Shown here: piece after piece, positions 37,099-48,983 of the stretch
Layout: each line of letters starts with the position of its first letter
Position numbering within the stretch: the first letter of the stretch is position 1
DNA from: Amphiscolops sp. MND2022
Taxonomy: Eukaryota
Direction: 5' to 3'
Assembly (NCBI GenBank): GCA_964187785.1
Contig: OZ076409.1
Location: 59,274,001 to 59,338,000 of the forward strand
DNA length: 64,000 nt
The notes under the pieces: model-generated
The model's database searches: none
The model's input: only the letters and a program-made list of their open reading frames with translations
Told to the model about the DNA's origin: nothing
Position numbers and translations under genes: made by a program

Positions 37099-38396
37099 AC
37101 AAGACGGAAACTCTAAGAGTCAGCGCCCAGCTTAAAGCATTTGAATAGAAACGCCTTTTGCATGTTCTGTGCCAGTTTTTGAGAAAATTCTGATGAACAT
37201 TACTTTAAGCTTGAAAAAACACTTCTGTCTTGATATCAACAGCCTGAAACGGCACGAGTCGGCGCCCGCTTAAGAAGGTTCAAAAACGCAGAGTCTTTCA
37301 AATATGCTCAAAGACAATTATTAAGAAAACTATCGCCAGCCTCACAGTACTGAACAAGTCGGGAACGGCCCAAGTCGGCGCCATATTTAAGGCTCAATAA
37401 GACTCGAAAACCACTTTTTCTACAACTGGAGACAACAAAAGCTCTCAAAAAAAACTAAAAATTGAGGAAATTTTTTTTGAAGTTTCCGGTAAGTCGCATA
37501 GTGCCGAAAAATGTAAAAGGGGGACCCTTTGGGATTTTTTGAACATCCATTCTGTTGCAAAATATCAAAAAAATTGATGGGGGCGCAATAAAAAAATTTC
37601 GGAAAAAATGAGAAATTTGAAGTCTCAGTGCCGAAAAAAAGGGAAAGTCTCAGTGTCGAAAAAAGTGGAATGGGGACCCTTCTGTTTTGGAATGGCTTTT
37701 TATCTCATGTTAGAGGCTTTGGATGTGTTGAAAATGAAGTACTAAGTACATATGGTACAAGTGCATGATGCACAAAAAGTGAACTGATGAAAAAAAAACT
37801 AGCCACTGTAAGAGTCGGGATTTTCTTCGAAAACGCTGACTAAAAATACCAGAGGTCATCTTCGAGACGCGGAAACCGGTGTTCCCCAAAGTTAAGACAA
37901 AAACCGAAAGACTTAAAGGGGAGCCCTTTAAGCTCGAAGAACGTCTTTTCCCCAGTAAACACAAAAAAAACGAACATGGACCCTTTGGTGAAAATGTTTT
38001 TTGGAAAAGTCCCTTAGTTGCGAAAAATCCAAAAGGGTACTCTTTGAACTTGTATAGTTCTTCAAGTTTAAAAAATTGTGGACCACCGCGGAATTCGAAT
38101 TAGCAAACATCAGGCTCGAAAACGCTTTTTCCAAGCTCATTATTGAGATTACCATAGGAGGAGACTCTTTATTGTAATGGAAAAAAGTTTCAGTGCCCAA
38201 AGTCCCGAAGTGTTCTAAATTGAACAATGTGAAGGCGGACCCTTTGGATACGTTGTACATTTCCTGGATTAGGATGCCATTCCACCATGTGCTGAGTCAA
38301 TTTATAGTTTTCAAATTTGGATCAGTCAGTGGCATCTAGTTGAAAAAATTACCCCTTGCAGGAGACGTGCTCTTTTCTTGCAAAAGCGTCGACTAA
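37099..38396 (-). mobile_element. Older Helentron-like family 1 copy with a younger copy nested at 37353-37843
   Basis: Outer ends aacaagacgg...agtcagcgcc (37099) and gcgtcgactaa (38396). Inner ends aacaagtcgggaacggcccaagtcggcgcc and cgctgactaa. Confidence 0.65.
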
Positions 38397-39157
38397 AGAA
38401 AGCAATATTCACTGTATCATGAGTCGAAAACTTTTCAAGTCGGCTCCCCGGTTAAGGCTCCGAAAGCGCAAAGTTTTAAAAGTTTTTGAAGATTTTTAAA
38501 GCATCAAAATCCCTCAAATTTATGATGTCTTTGGTCTGACGAAAAAGTTGCCTACTAAAGCGCAGGCTAAAATTTTGTATAGTTTTCTGAATAATTGTAT
38601 TTGAGCTTAGATGAAAGACTTTGAGCCTTTTTTGAAAAGACCCTTTTTGAAAGACGCGTAGGACCGACTTGGGGTGTTCCCGGCTTTTTATTTTAACCAT
38701 GGTTGTCCGCAAGGTTGCTTAGTCATAATTCAAGCCTGAAAATTTCATGGGTGTTCTACGAAATTTTTTGTGAATTATTTCTTAGCCACTTCCAATAAAT
38801 TCCAAAGCATCATCATATTGCAAGTTGTGCAATACTTTTGTTTGTTCTTAAGAGAATGAAAAAAATTGCTCTCTTGTCATGAAATGTAAATCTTTGATTT
38901 TGATCTACCAATTTAATCGAAAATCTGAAAGAAGAACATTACCAAGCAAAAGAAAAATTCATTGTGAGGAACGTTTTGCTCTAAGGTGCAAAATTAAATT
39001 GTCAAATATTATAAGGTCATATTTCCAATTTTTCGGAATAATACATTTATATTTCAAATGAATTTTTTTTCAATATATTTCAAAAATTATTAACCCTCCT
39101 TGATTTTTGCATGGGTTACTGCGAAAGTTTGCAGCTGTTTTTTCTTTCAGTTACAAA

Positions 39158-39381
39158 ATGTTCAAAAAGCGAACTCTCAATTCGGCAGCTAGAAGCGGAA
39201 ATGTTACAAGTAAGCGAAGTAAAATTGACGACGATTCAGATGAAGATGAAAAACAGAGCGCCTCTAAATTGGATTCCCAAAAAAGCGAACAAAGTTCTTC
39301 GGATGATGAAACTGTTGTCGTGAGGAAGGCAAAATCCTCTAATTTCAACCCCCTGAAACAGAGCTCAAAAGTTCTTTCCAA
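39158..39381 (+). CDS. RNF113A: RNF113A/Cwc24 exon 1
   Basis: MFKKR...SSSDDETVVVRK...NPLKQS resembles the RNF113 N-terminus. Phase-2 donor GTTAGT at 39382 (alternative phase-2 GTGAGT at 39406) matches the phase of exon 2. Confidence 0.75.
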
Positions 39382-42049
39382 GTTAGTATGCACTCACTGT
39401 AAACAGTGAGTGTCTAAGATTATTTATTCAGCGATCCGTTTATGACTCGGAGGTAGATGTTGAAAAAGATGAAGCGGTATGTTGAAACGTTATTCGTGAA
39501 CCCTAACCCACCCCCCGTAGTGAAGTTAATGGTTAGTGTATCCTAAAGCAGAAATATTACTGTGCCCGCAAAAGGCACAATTTTTGTGTATCATTTTTTA
39601 AGCGATAGAAGCGCAAAAACCATAATTGATTGCCCGAAGATGGGCAGTATGGACGTCGAATAAGCAATTTTGATTTTGAGAACCAATAATTTTTGTTGGA
39701 AAATTATCGAGAAGCGGTGCGTGGAATTACATTATTCGATTGTCGCCCCGCTGGAGGAATCTGAATTTGTTTACTTTAATACGTATTTTCCACGCTTTAA
39801 ACAGTACTGAGACACTGCTGCGATAACTATTCAAAGTTTGAATTTTGTTGTGAATACAAGTCACTTCTATTATTCTCAACCATTTTAAGTTTATCAGTCG
39901 AACGCACTGATATAGAACCTTGTGAAAGATATGCTTCTTCCGTATGTGTTTTCAGATCAAATTCGAATATATTCGCCGTTTTTTTCTGTGTCTAAAAGCA
40001 GTGTATTGAGACAAACCTTTGATTAAGGGCAACCTCTATACAAGTTAGCAAGAAAGCGTCACTTGAATATTGTTCAATAAAATGGTCTCGGGGCGTACCA
40101 CTGGGCGTCTTTATCCCTCCAAAAATGGGAATACCAAAAGGAGGTGGGGTTACCTCAAGAAAGTAAAAAGATTTTGGCGCTTTTCTCTGTCTTTTTATGC
40201 TTCAGGTGCAAAAAAATCAATCTAAAATCATTATCTTCTGCAGGAAAGGTTAAAAAAGTCCCCAAGTCTTTATAGAAATGAGATTCGGAAGAAAATGATC
40301 GTCGAAAGACCACGTCATTTTGAAGGCAATAAATGACCCCTCCCTTAAACAGAACAAGAAAACATTTGCGACCGTTTTTGCTACCCAATGGCATTTGCTA
40401 TTTTCAATTCAAAGCTCAGTTTCAAATTTTGGCTTTTCAATATTTCTGGAAGTGTTCTGCCTTTATCTGAATTGTGGGGTCGTGTCAGTGATGTCCATTT
40501 TTATTTATTCATTTAGTAGTTAAATTTGAAAGCCATAACTACAATAATTTAAATTATCGGGAATTTAAGTTACGCGTCAATAAAAATGGTACTCGGTTCA
40601 AATTTGAGGCGTGTTTGCACACTAACATGACGGCGTTTAATTGTTTCAAGTGGAAAACTAATGAATTTCACAGACTTACTGAAGTGGCAAGAAGAATGCT
40701 GTGTTCTACCATCAGCAGTTTTCCAAGGCTTCTTTTATGTCGTCCGACATTGAAAACCAGCTCAAGATGACTACCTTAAAGAAGCGACTAATTTTTTTGG
40801 CCATGATTTATAATTACATGATAATTTATATTATCATAATTATTTTTTCGTGATTAGGAGTGGGAAAAATTTTCGACTCGTCGGGGTCGGTTGGACTCGT
40901 TGTAGAAGGGTATGGGCTTGTATTGGTCAAAGACGTTTGAAAAAACTGGATTTCACCAAAAATTGGAAAAGTTTCACCATCTTTTGTGCAAAAACCCATT
41001 TTAGGCGGCGCATTTTGCTTTAAAGGAAAAATGCCCGACGCTTACTTTTTTCTTCATATCACAGACCTCACACTGATCGGTCCACTTTTCACAGAAACTA
41101 CTAAAAGTACTGAGGTCACGTCAGGTCAGCTAAAATTCAGCGCAAAGGGTCCCCCTTTCAATTTTTACTTTCTTAATGCTACGTACAAAACCGGACGAGA
41201 CTAAAGGGTCCCAGCTTTCAATTGTTTTCGGCACTATGAGACTTTTCGATTTTTTTGTCTCCAAAGAGTCCCCCTTCGATTTTATTGATTTGATTGAAAT
41301 CTCCCGTCGTAAATATTATTATTATTATTATAGTTTCTTCAAAATATAGTAAAGCATACAGTTGATACGTCGAATCAGTAGCAATCACGTTTGAAGAGGG
41401 CTCGAACGGCATAACATTGCCAATCCAGTCAGACGCTGGCTAAATGAGAAAAAAATTAAAACTTTTCCAGGTTTTTTATGTAAAATTTAGAAATTGAAGC
41501 GGTATTTTTCAGGAAGAAGTTTTTATTTTCAGGTTGGAAAGCGACGGCGATGTACATCGATATCGGACCTGTGGCCTGTGTCTAAGACCTTAAAACAGCA
41601 GGCATTTATGGCAGTGAAAAGAGCAAAAAAGAAAATACAATAAACAATCAGTTTTTTCGAAGAGAATACAGCGCTTCCTCTTAACTAGGTTAACCGCCGC
41701 TGAGAAGATGGGCTTAGGATACCCCTAGGATAAGAATTCGACCACTTTCACGAAAAAGTATGTTACCCAATTTGAGATATATGGCAACTCATTTTGGAAA
41801 CTTTTTACGAGCGATGTTGAACAATCATCAACCAAACCCACCGATGAAAGCTTTGCACTAGAAACACTCGTTACCTCCACTTGGAAGTTGTGGGTTCCCG
41901 TTGTGAAGGATCGCTGTTTTACCTATGTTTCTAGAGGGGCTTTCATGTCTTAGCTCTTTGCAAAGTATCTTCAACGGCGTGTTTGGGCAAGTTTTTGAGA
42001 AACTCTTTAAGGTTGTGGATTACATCCTCGACCTGATGCGGGTTTTTTT

Positions 42050-45000
42050 CCAAAACGTCGGACGGGATTAAAGGCATGTCTATCCAGAAATTTAGGACTT
42101 TTGATCCACTATCTTTTGATGAAAAATGTTTCCAGTTCAGTTCTTCGTAAGCGGTAACAAGAAATGACTATGAAGCGCGCATCCTGTGTTTCGTGTATGA
42201 TCGTTTGTAACGAACATAATGTACCTTCAGTGACTAGGTCTTTACCTTATACGTCTCAAGGCGAACTTGACGATCTCATAGAAATATATTTGTTTCACTG
42301 TAAGGACGTTGTTCATAGATAACTCTGCATCGATATTATCGGTATAACGTTTGAAAAGCAGCAACGGTGTAAATGTTTTCTGTAGAATGCTTTTCTCCCG
42401 TTTACCAAAGTATGTTCTTCATATGCGAGTATTCCTTATTTTATCACGGGTTTCACATACATGATGTAATGACTAAGCAAAATTTCTCAGGTAACAAATT
42501 GCCGCCATCTCGAAGCAGTTGCAATATGCTTCCCTAGCTTTCTCGATAGATCTTTGATGTGTTGGTCAGAATTAAGATTCTTGTCTAATGTAGCACCTAG
42601 GCATTTAAAAGATTCGGTTTCTTAAAGAAGCGAATTCTGAAGAAACATAGGAATAGATATCTGAATATGAAAGAAACTCGTTTTTGATCCTTTCAATATC
42701 AGTTTATTCATTTTGAGCCAATCTTCGATAACGACAAGTTCAGAGTTAATTTGATCTGCATCATAATTAGTCTTTGATGTTGGAACATTTTTATCATCTG
42801 CAAGAATTGTCGGGTGAAAAACGTACATATGTCTTTCATATCGTTCATATATATTAGAAACAACACAGGTCCCAATATCGGGCTCTGTGGTACGCCAGTT
42901 CTCAAAATCTTGGGTTGAGACATCGTTTCGTTTCGTTGATCTGAACAAACTGCTTCCGTCCTCCGAGGTATGATTCGAACCATTTTAAGACAGGACCTCG
43001 AATTCCACGCCACTCTTGTTTTATGTTTGTCAAAGGCTTTTTTGAGGTCGAGGAATACACAAAAACTGGTCATCTCGAATTTTTTCGATTATTTGAATGA
43101 TTGCATCAACGGTTTTTCTGCGTTAGCCAAAGAACTTTTGAAGAGAAAGAACATTGAAACGCTCCATGTAAGAGTACACACGAGTGCAGATTATTTCTGC
43201 GTTAGACAAAGAACGTTTGAAGAGAAAGAACATTGAAACGCTCGATATAAGAGTACACACGAGTGCAGATTACTCTCTCGGAATCTTGCGAAACAACAGG
43301 TAATTACACTTGCGATAAGCAAGTGTTATGGGAAAGTGCGGGTGCTTTTTTTCGCGCGACAACTCTCATTTCATGCGTCAAGTCTCACATTTCACGCGTT
43401 CGTGGTCTAGTGGTAAGATGCTTGCTTTTCAACCCAGAGGTTTCGTGTTCGAACCCGTGGGTATGCGCTTATTTTTTTAACAAGTTTTCCGAAGCAGAAG
43501 GTTCTCACTTTTTTCGGCACTATGAGACTTTTCGGTTTTGTAAGACTTTTTCCGAAATTTTTTACATGTCCCCAAAGAGTCCTTCTTTCAATTTTTTTTT
43601 AAAAATTTTGCAACAAAACGAATGTTAAAAATCCCAAAGTGTCTCTTTTCTCAGAATTTTCGACACTATGAGACTGTTCAAAATTCTCATTTTTCGTCCC
43701 CCTTCAATCTTTTGAAATTTTGCAACAGAATGGACGTTGGAAAATCTCAAAAGGTCCCCTCTTTCACAGTTTCCGGCAATGTGACATTTTTCAAAAGGAA
43801 TAATTTTTGTATTAAAAATAGGTTCTCTCAGGTCCGGCACGCTATATCCGATTTTTGTTTTGGTGTTTTTTCTATGCGACTGTTTTAAAAATTTGTTTCA
43901 CCGAAGCCCCTTCTCCTCAATTTTTACCAGAAACGTTTTCTGCACTATGCGACTAACCGGAGACCATCAAAAATATTTTCGAAAATTTCGAATTTTTTTC
44001 TCAATTTTCTAATTTTTAAAGGTTTTTCGTTGAGAAAGATGGGTTTTTTGCTGTTTTTAGTTGGGGACGAATGGTTTTCGAGACTTATGCGTATCCTTTC
44101 GGGTGTTTTTTGGCGCTGTATATTGTAGAATTGATGAAATTTTAATGTCCTTTTACTCTTGGTCCTCGTTATGATATTGCTTATTTGGTTTTCTTCAAAA
44201 GTTCGCCTCTGTGTATGGAAAAAGGTCGAAGGTTGCTAACTTCTCTGTCTTTGCCACTTTTTGGAATTGGTGTAACCTTAGCAAGTTTGAGACAGTCCGA
44301 TAAGATTTCGTGTTGAATTGATGGGTTGATCGATTCAGATAATACTGGGCTGAAAATTTCGTCCGACTTTTTCAGCACCTCTGCAGTAACGCCATCAAAG
44401 CCTTGTGCTTTATTGTTTCTCAAACCTGAAATGATTTTCGATTTTTCTTCAGGATTTGTGGGCTTCAGAAACATTGGAAACACATTCTCAGTTAGAATTT
44501 CTCTACATAGACCTGTGTTGATCGGTTCTAAATTTTTCAACAAACTCGCGGCTACTTTAACATGATATTCATTGAATTTTTCACTAATGATTGCATCATC
44601 AAAGAACTCTTCTCTATAGGTTACACTTTGAATATAATCAGTGCTTCTGTCTCCTTTGACCAGATGATTGCGATTTCTGGAGAAAACTTTTTCCTGTTCA
44701 ATTAAAGTCATTCTTAGTCTTTTTTGGCTGATAGGAGCAGTTTTTTTTCCTTTCATGTCATTGTATTTTACTGCATTGTCATCAGTATTCCTCTTCAGAT
44801 ACATTTGACAAAGTTTGTCTTTACAAAATTTGATTCTTAAAAAAGTTGCTATACCATTGAGGTTTGCCTCAACCCGAATTTATAGTGTATTCTTTCGGGC
44901 AATTGGCAGACGCGGAGGAATTGCTTTTCATGATTTTTCTGTAGCACATTTGTACCCAGTGCTTCTCCGTTGAAAAGCGCCTTGATTTCTGATAGAAACT

Positions 45001-45240
45001 CTAGTTTCTCATCATTGTCTGTGAAAATTGAACTTTTTCTTAACGGAGCTAACGTTCGCAACGAATGGGGTTTTGACGAATGTTGAGTAATGATCAGGTA
45101 TTTTACTCTTAATCACTCGACTTTGGATTTTGTCCTTATCTTTAGATTTCATGAATACATGATCTATCAAGGTTTTGGAATTTTTCTGCACCCGTGTTGG
45201 TTCTTTGATGGCACTTGTTCGAATCCGTTACACTTTAGAA
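42050..45240 (-). mobile_element. CR1/L2-like LINE ORF2 remnant, interrupted at about 43136-44165 by a Helentron-like copy
   Basis: 'NKAQGFDGV...LAKVTPIPKSG...NLRPFS' (44181-44804), then 'FLDLKKAFD', 'GVPQSPILGPVLFLIYMND' and 'LADD' (42622-43073). Confidence 0.85.
43396..43468 (+). ncRNA. tRNA(Glu)-like pseudo-tRNA / Pol III cassette within a Helentron-like copy
   Basis: GCGTTCGTGGTCTAGTGGTAAGAT (A box), TTC anticodon-like loop, GTTCGAACCC (B box), then TTTTTTT. Family 1 modules follow. Confidence 0.65.
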
Positions 45241-45399
45241 TGTCAAGATTAATATCCAAATTAAAGCGCTATATCCGAACTTTTGACGATATATCCGAAC
45301 TATACTGTGTTTTATTAAGGAGGAGGCCGAAGTTCGAAAACCTGGTTTTCCATGAAAACGTCCTACGCATATTGAAGTTGATAACGATAGGCCTGTTTC

Positions 45400-46320
45400 G
45401 GCTGCAATCGAAAAGCCGTGTGAATTAGTACAGTATGCTGATGACACCTTTGTTTGTTTCATCCCAAAACTTCAATCTAGTGTCAACATCCTTGAAAACA
45501 ATCTGAAGAAATTGAATACTTATTTTGAACAACACCGACTCAATCTTAGTGACACCGAAACAGAAATTATAATTTTTTGAAAAAAATCAAAAATTTCGCC
45601 AATGAATAAATTCCGATTACAAATGGACGACAAGTTTTATTAACCATCGAACTGTGTTAAATACCTCAACGTATAATTGGATCAAAACCTAAGTTTTCAA
45701 GAAGAAGTGAAACACATACTTAGAAATATGGCCTGTGGTACTAAAACCCTCTACTCAATAAGAGAATATCTCCCTGAAAAAACACGGCTCCTTCTAAATG
45801 CTCTTGTAATCAGTCACCTCCACTACCCATCAATCCTATTAAATGGAATATCTCAAAATCTGATAACTACACTTGAAAAACAATTGAGTTGGGCTGTTAA
45901 AGCCTGCTTCAATTGCACTAAATTTGAATAATCGAGTGATCTGAAAATTGAATACCGAATTTTTCCGATACGTTTTTTTTTGATTCTCAAAGCTATAATT
46001 TATTTCTGGAAATGGAAGAATGGGTTCCTCCCCGCATTCAACGAACAGAACCCAATCATAACATAATTACAGAATTTACAAGAGAACCCATACTCTAATT
46101 TATAACTCACACACCAATGAAAGCATGATGGAAGCAAGTTTTTTCAAAAGTATAGTCCCACTGTGGAACACCTTACCGAAAAATTTACTGAAAACAAAAT
46201 ACTCCATCAATACAATCAAAACCAAACTAAAAGAATTTTTTGATAAACAAATAGAGCATGAAATCGAACGACCGCGTTATGGTAGAAGATGTTGGAGTGA
46301 GTACCGATTCCATTGATTAA
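45400..46320 (+). mobile_element. LINE ORF2 3' fragment (RT C-terminus)
   Basis: 'QYADDT' at about 45431, 'VKYL...LDQNLSF', 'NALVISHLHY', 'SFFKSIVPLWNTLP'. Confidence 0.85.
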
Positions 46321-46399
46321 TATTTTGACAATATTAGCATTTTTTATAGAATAATTTGTACACTGCCTTTCCAAGTCAGACAAATATCTGTGTTTCTTA

Positions 46400-48432
46400 A
46401 ATCAAGGGAATTCAGTGTTTTTTTATATTTTGAAAACTGCGCTTGATGAGCTTTACATATAGCGCCGACTTTAGACGTTCTCGTATTGTTTTTAGTCGGC
46501 GCATTCTCCTTCAAAGTAAAAATGCCCAACTCTTACATTGACGTTTTTTTCTTCAGACCAGAGACCAACTTATCGCGAAGGGCCCCTGTATTTTTTTGCT
46601 TCTTTAACGTAACCTACAAAACCGGACGAGACTAAAGTGTACCTCTTTCGCATTTCGGCACTGTGTGGCTTTTTTCGGAAATTTTAAAATGTCTCCATAG
46701 GGTGCGCCATTCGGGTTTTTTGACATTTTGCAACGGAATGTATGTTAATAAATCTCAAAGGGTCCCCCTATTTGTAATTTTTGGCACGAGGGGACATTTT
46801 CCAAAAGAAATTGTTTCTTGTTCCAAGTTGGAGAAAAAGTTATTTCAGATACTTATCGAGCGTGAAAGGCACCCTTTGGGTGTCTTGAAACTGTTTTCTG
46901 AGCTTTTCATAAATACGTCCTGGGCATATTTTAAAGTTTGTGCGCTTCACGAGCTCAAGCCATAGCGCCAACTTTAGACGTTCTCGTCTTGGTTTTTCAG
47001 ACCACAGACCTCACACTGAAAGTTCCACTTTTTACCGAAACTAAACCTACTGAAGCCACGTCCGGCCAGGGGAAACTTATGGCAAAGGGTCCCCTTTTAT
47101 TTTTTGCTTTTCCAACGTAAGGAGCGAGACGGAGGTTCGAAAACAGGAGTTTTTCTTGAAGACGTCCTAAGCATATTTTAAAAACTGCGCTTTTTGAGCC
47201 TCGGATATAGCGACGACTTCAGACGTTCCCGTCTTGTTTTCAGTTTTGGAGACTTATTAAGTTTTTCTAATGGTTGTGCCATTCAAATCGCTAGGTACTA
47301 ATGAATTTTTGCCAAAAAACTGCTAGAGAATATGGACTGCTGACAAAAGGAATCAGAAATAGAAACAAGCCGGTAACGGCATAAGTCGGCACCCCTTTCA
47401 GTTTTTTCGGCATTGAGACATTTTTTCGAAACATTTTTTCCTCAAAGGGTTTCCCTTCAATTTTTGTGAAGTTTAGCAACAGAATGGATGTTGAAAAATC
47501 CCCCAAAAAAGTTTTCCCTTAGGGTGGGTCTTCCTTCAATTTCTTGATGTTTTGCAACAATGGATGTTAACAAACCGGGAACGGCATAAGTCGGCGCCAT
47601 ATCTAAGGCTCAAAAATAGCAAAAGGACATGAAAGTATCAAAAAACTCGAAGTATCAAACTCACAAAAAGAGTATCACTAATGAAGTCAAATATTGCTGT
47701 AATTTTGGGTGAGCTCTTAGCGTACCGCAAAATTGAGAAGACTTCAATAATATATTAGCAACTGATGTTGATGTTAGTAATCGAGAAAAGTGTTTGACAA
47801 AAGCAAGAAATATCAAATATAAAACAACGAAGTTCGAACTTATGTAATGTTTGTTGTCAAATTCTCATGATGTCTGGATATTGCCATTACATAATGTGAA
47901 CAAGATTATGACAGTATCAAACTCACAAAAAACCCAAACGACCGAATTAGCGCGCCAGATGCCCGCTGGCGCGGGCCCTGGCGCTCTAAAAGGGGGACCT
48001 TTTCGTAGTTTCAACATCCATTGTTTCGAAACATCAAAAAATTGAAGTTTGGGGAAAATTTTTCTCGAAAAAAGTCTCACAATGCCGAAAAAAACTGAAA
48101 GAGGGGACCATTTGGGATTTTCCAACATCCTTTCTGTCGCCAAGCATCAAAACAATTGAAGGGGGGCCCTTTGAGGAAATCATTTTTTTTCGGAAAAAAA
48201 AGGTCTCACAATGCCGAAGAAAACTGAAAAGGGGACCGTTTAGTCTAGCCCGGTACTGTTTGTTACGCGGAAAAACAGGAAAAACCTTTTTGGTTCAGTT
48301 CGCTAGGCCAAATGGTTCAATTTGACACCATAAAATTTGGTATAAATTTGTAGAACTATTTTTGTCAGTTCGTGTGGATTGAAGAAAGAGTCACTATAAT
48401 AGTCGCGTTTCACTTCATGAAGCGCCGACTAA
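46400..48432. mobile_element. Cluster of Helentron-like family 1 copies in both orientations
   Basis: Plus-strand 3' ends at about 46490, 46992 and 47238; plus-strand 5' start TTAGTCGGCGC at 46492; minus-strand 3' ends at about 47364 and 47570; minus-strand 5' start GCGCCGACTAA at 48432. Confidence 0.7.
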
Positions 48433-48784
48433 AAAAGTAGGCAGCTTTGAAGTACCACCAGGTTAATTAGGGTTAAACTATGAAAAATCAATCATATTAC
48501 TTTAAATGGACATCACTAGGGTCAACATAGTATGGTGTTTCCATTATTCGACTTTTCTCACATATAACTACTTTCAGAGCATACATTCGATGTCTTCTTC
48601 TACAAAACATTTCATTTTTGTAATTCTACCGAGCCGAAATAAACCTCAACAAAGACAACTGATTGGAGGTTTCTCAAACTGGTTTTTTTGCAGGGTAGAG
48701 AACAGAAATGGATCCAATCATTTGCACAACGGGCGCCTATGTATTGTCCCCGTTGGTATCGTTCAAAGAATTGATTTTTTTCAG

Positions 48785-48983
48785 ATCTAAAAACGATTCA
48801 AGTGAAGACAGTGACGATGGCTGTAAAACTAGTGAAACCAAACGTCCTCTGGTCAATTTCACGTACAAGTCCTCGAGGTCAGGGGTCGTGACCGGGTCAG
48901 AAGATCAGGGAGCGACGGCTACTGTCCAAATCGACACAGAACACGACCGAGACTTCAGGGCAATGTCCGAGAGAACCTATGAA
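48785..48983 (+). CDS. RNF113A: RNF113A/Cwc24 exon 2
   Basis: 'YKSSRS...EDQGATATVQIDTEHDRDFRA' is a conserved RNF113 block. Acceptor ttttttcAG and donor GTAATT. Confidence 0.9.

Noticed and set aside
43136..43273. ~57-bp direct repeat (period ~80)
   Set aside because: Real but a minor local duplication at a TE junction; no further structure seen.
43396..43468. Functional tRNA genes (also 2143, 5675, 36345)
   Set aside because: Acceptor and anticodon stems do not pair properly and all sit in TE sequence; treated as pseudo-tRNA cassettes.
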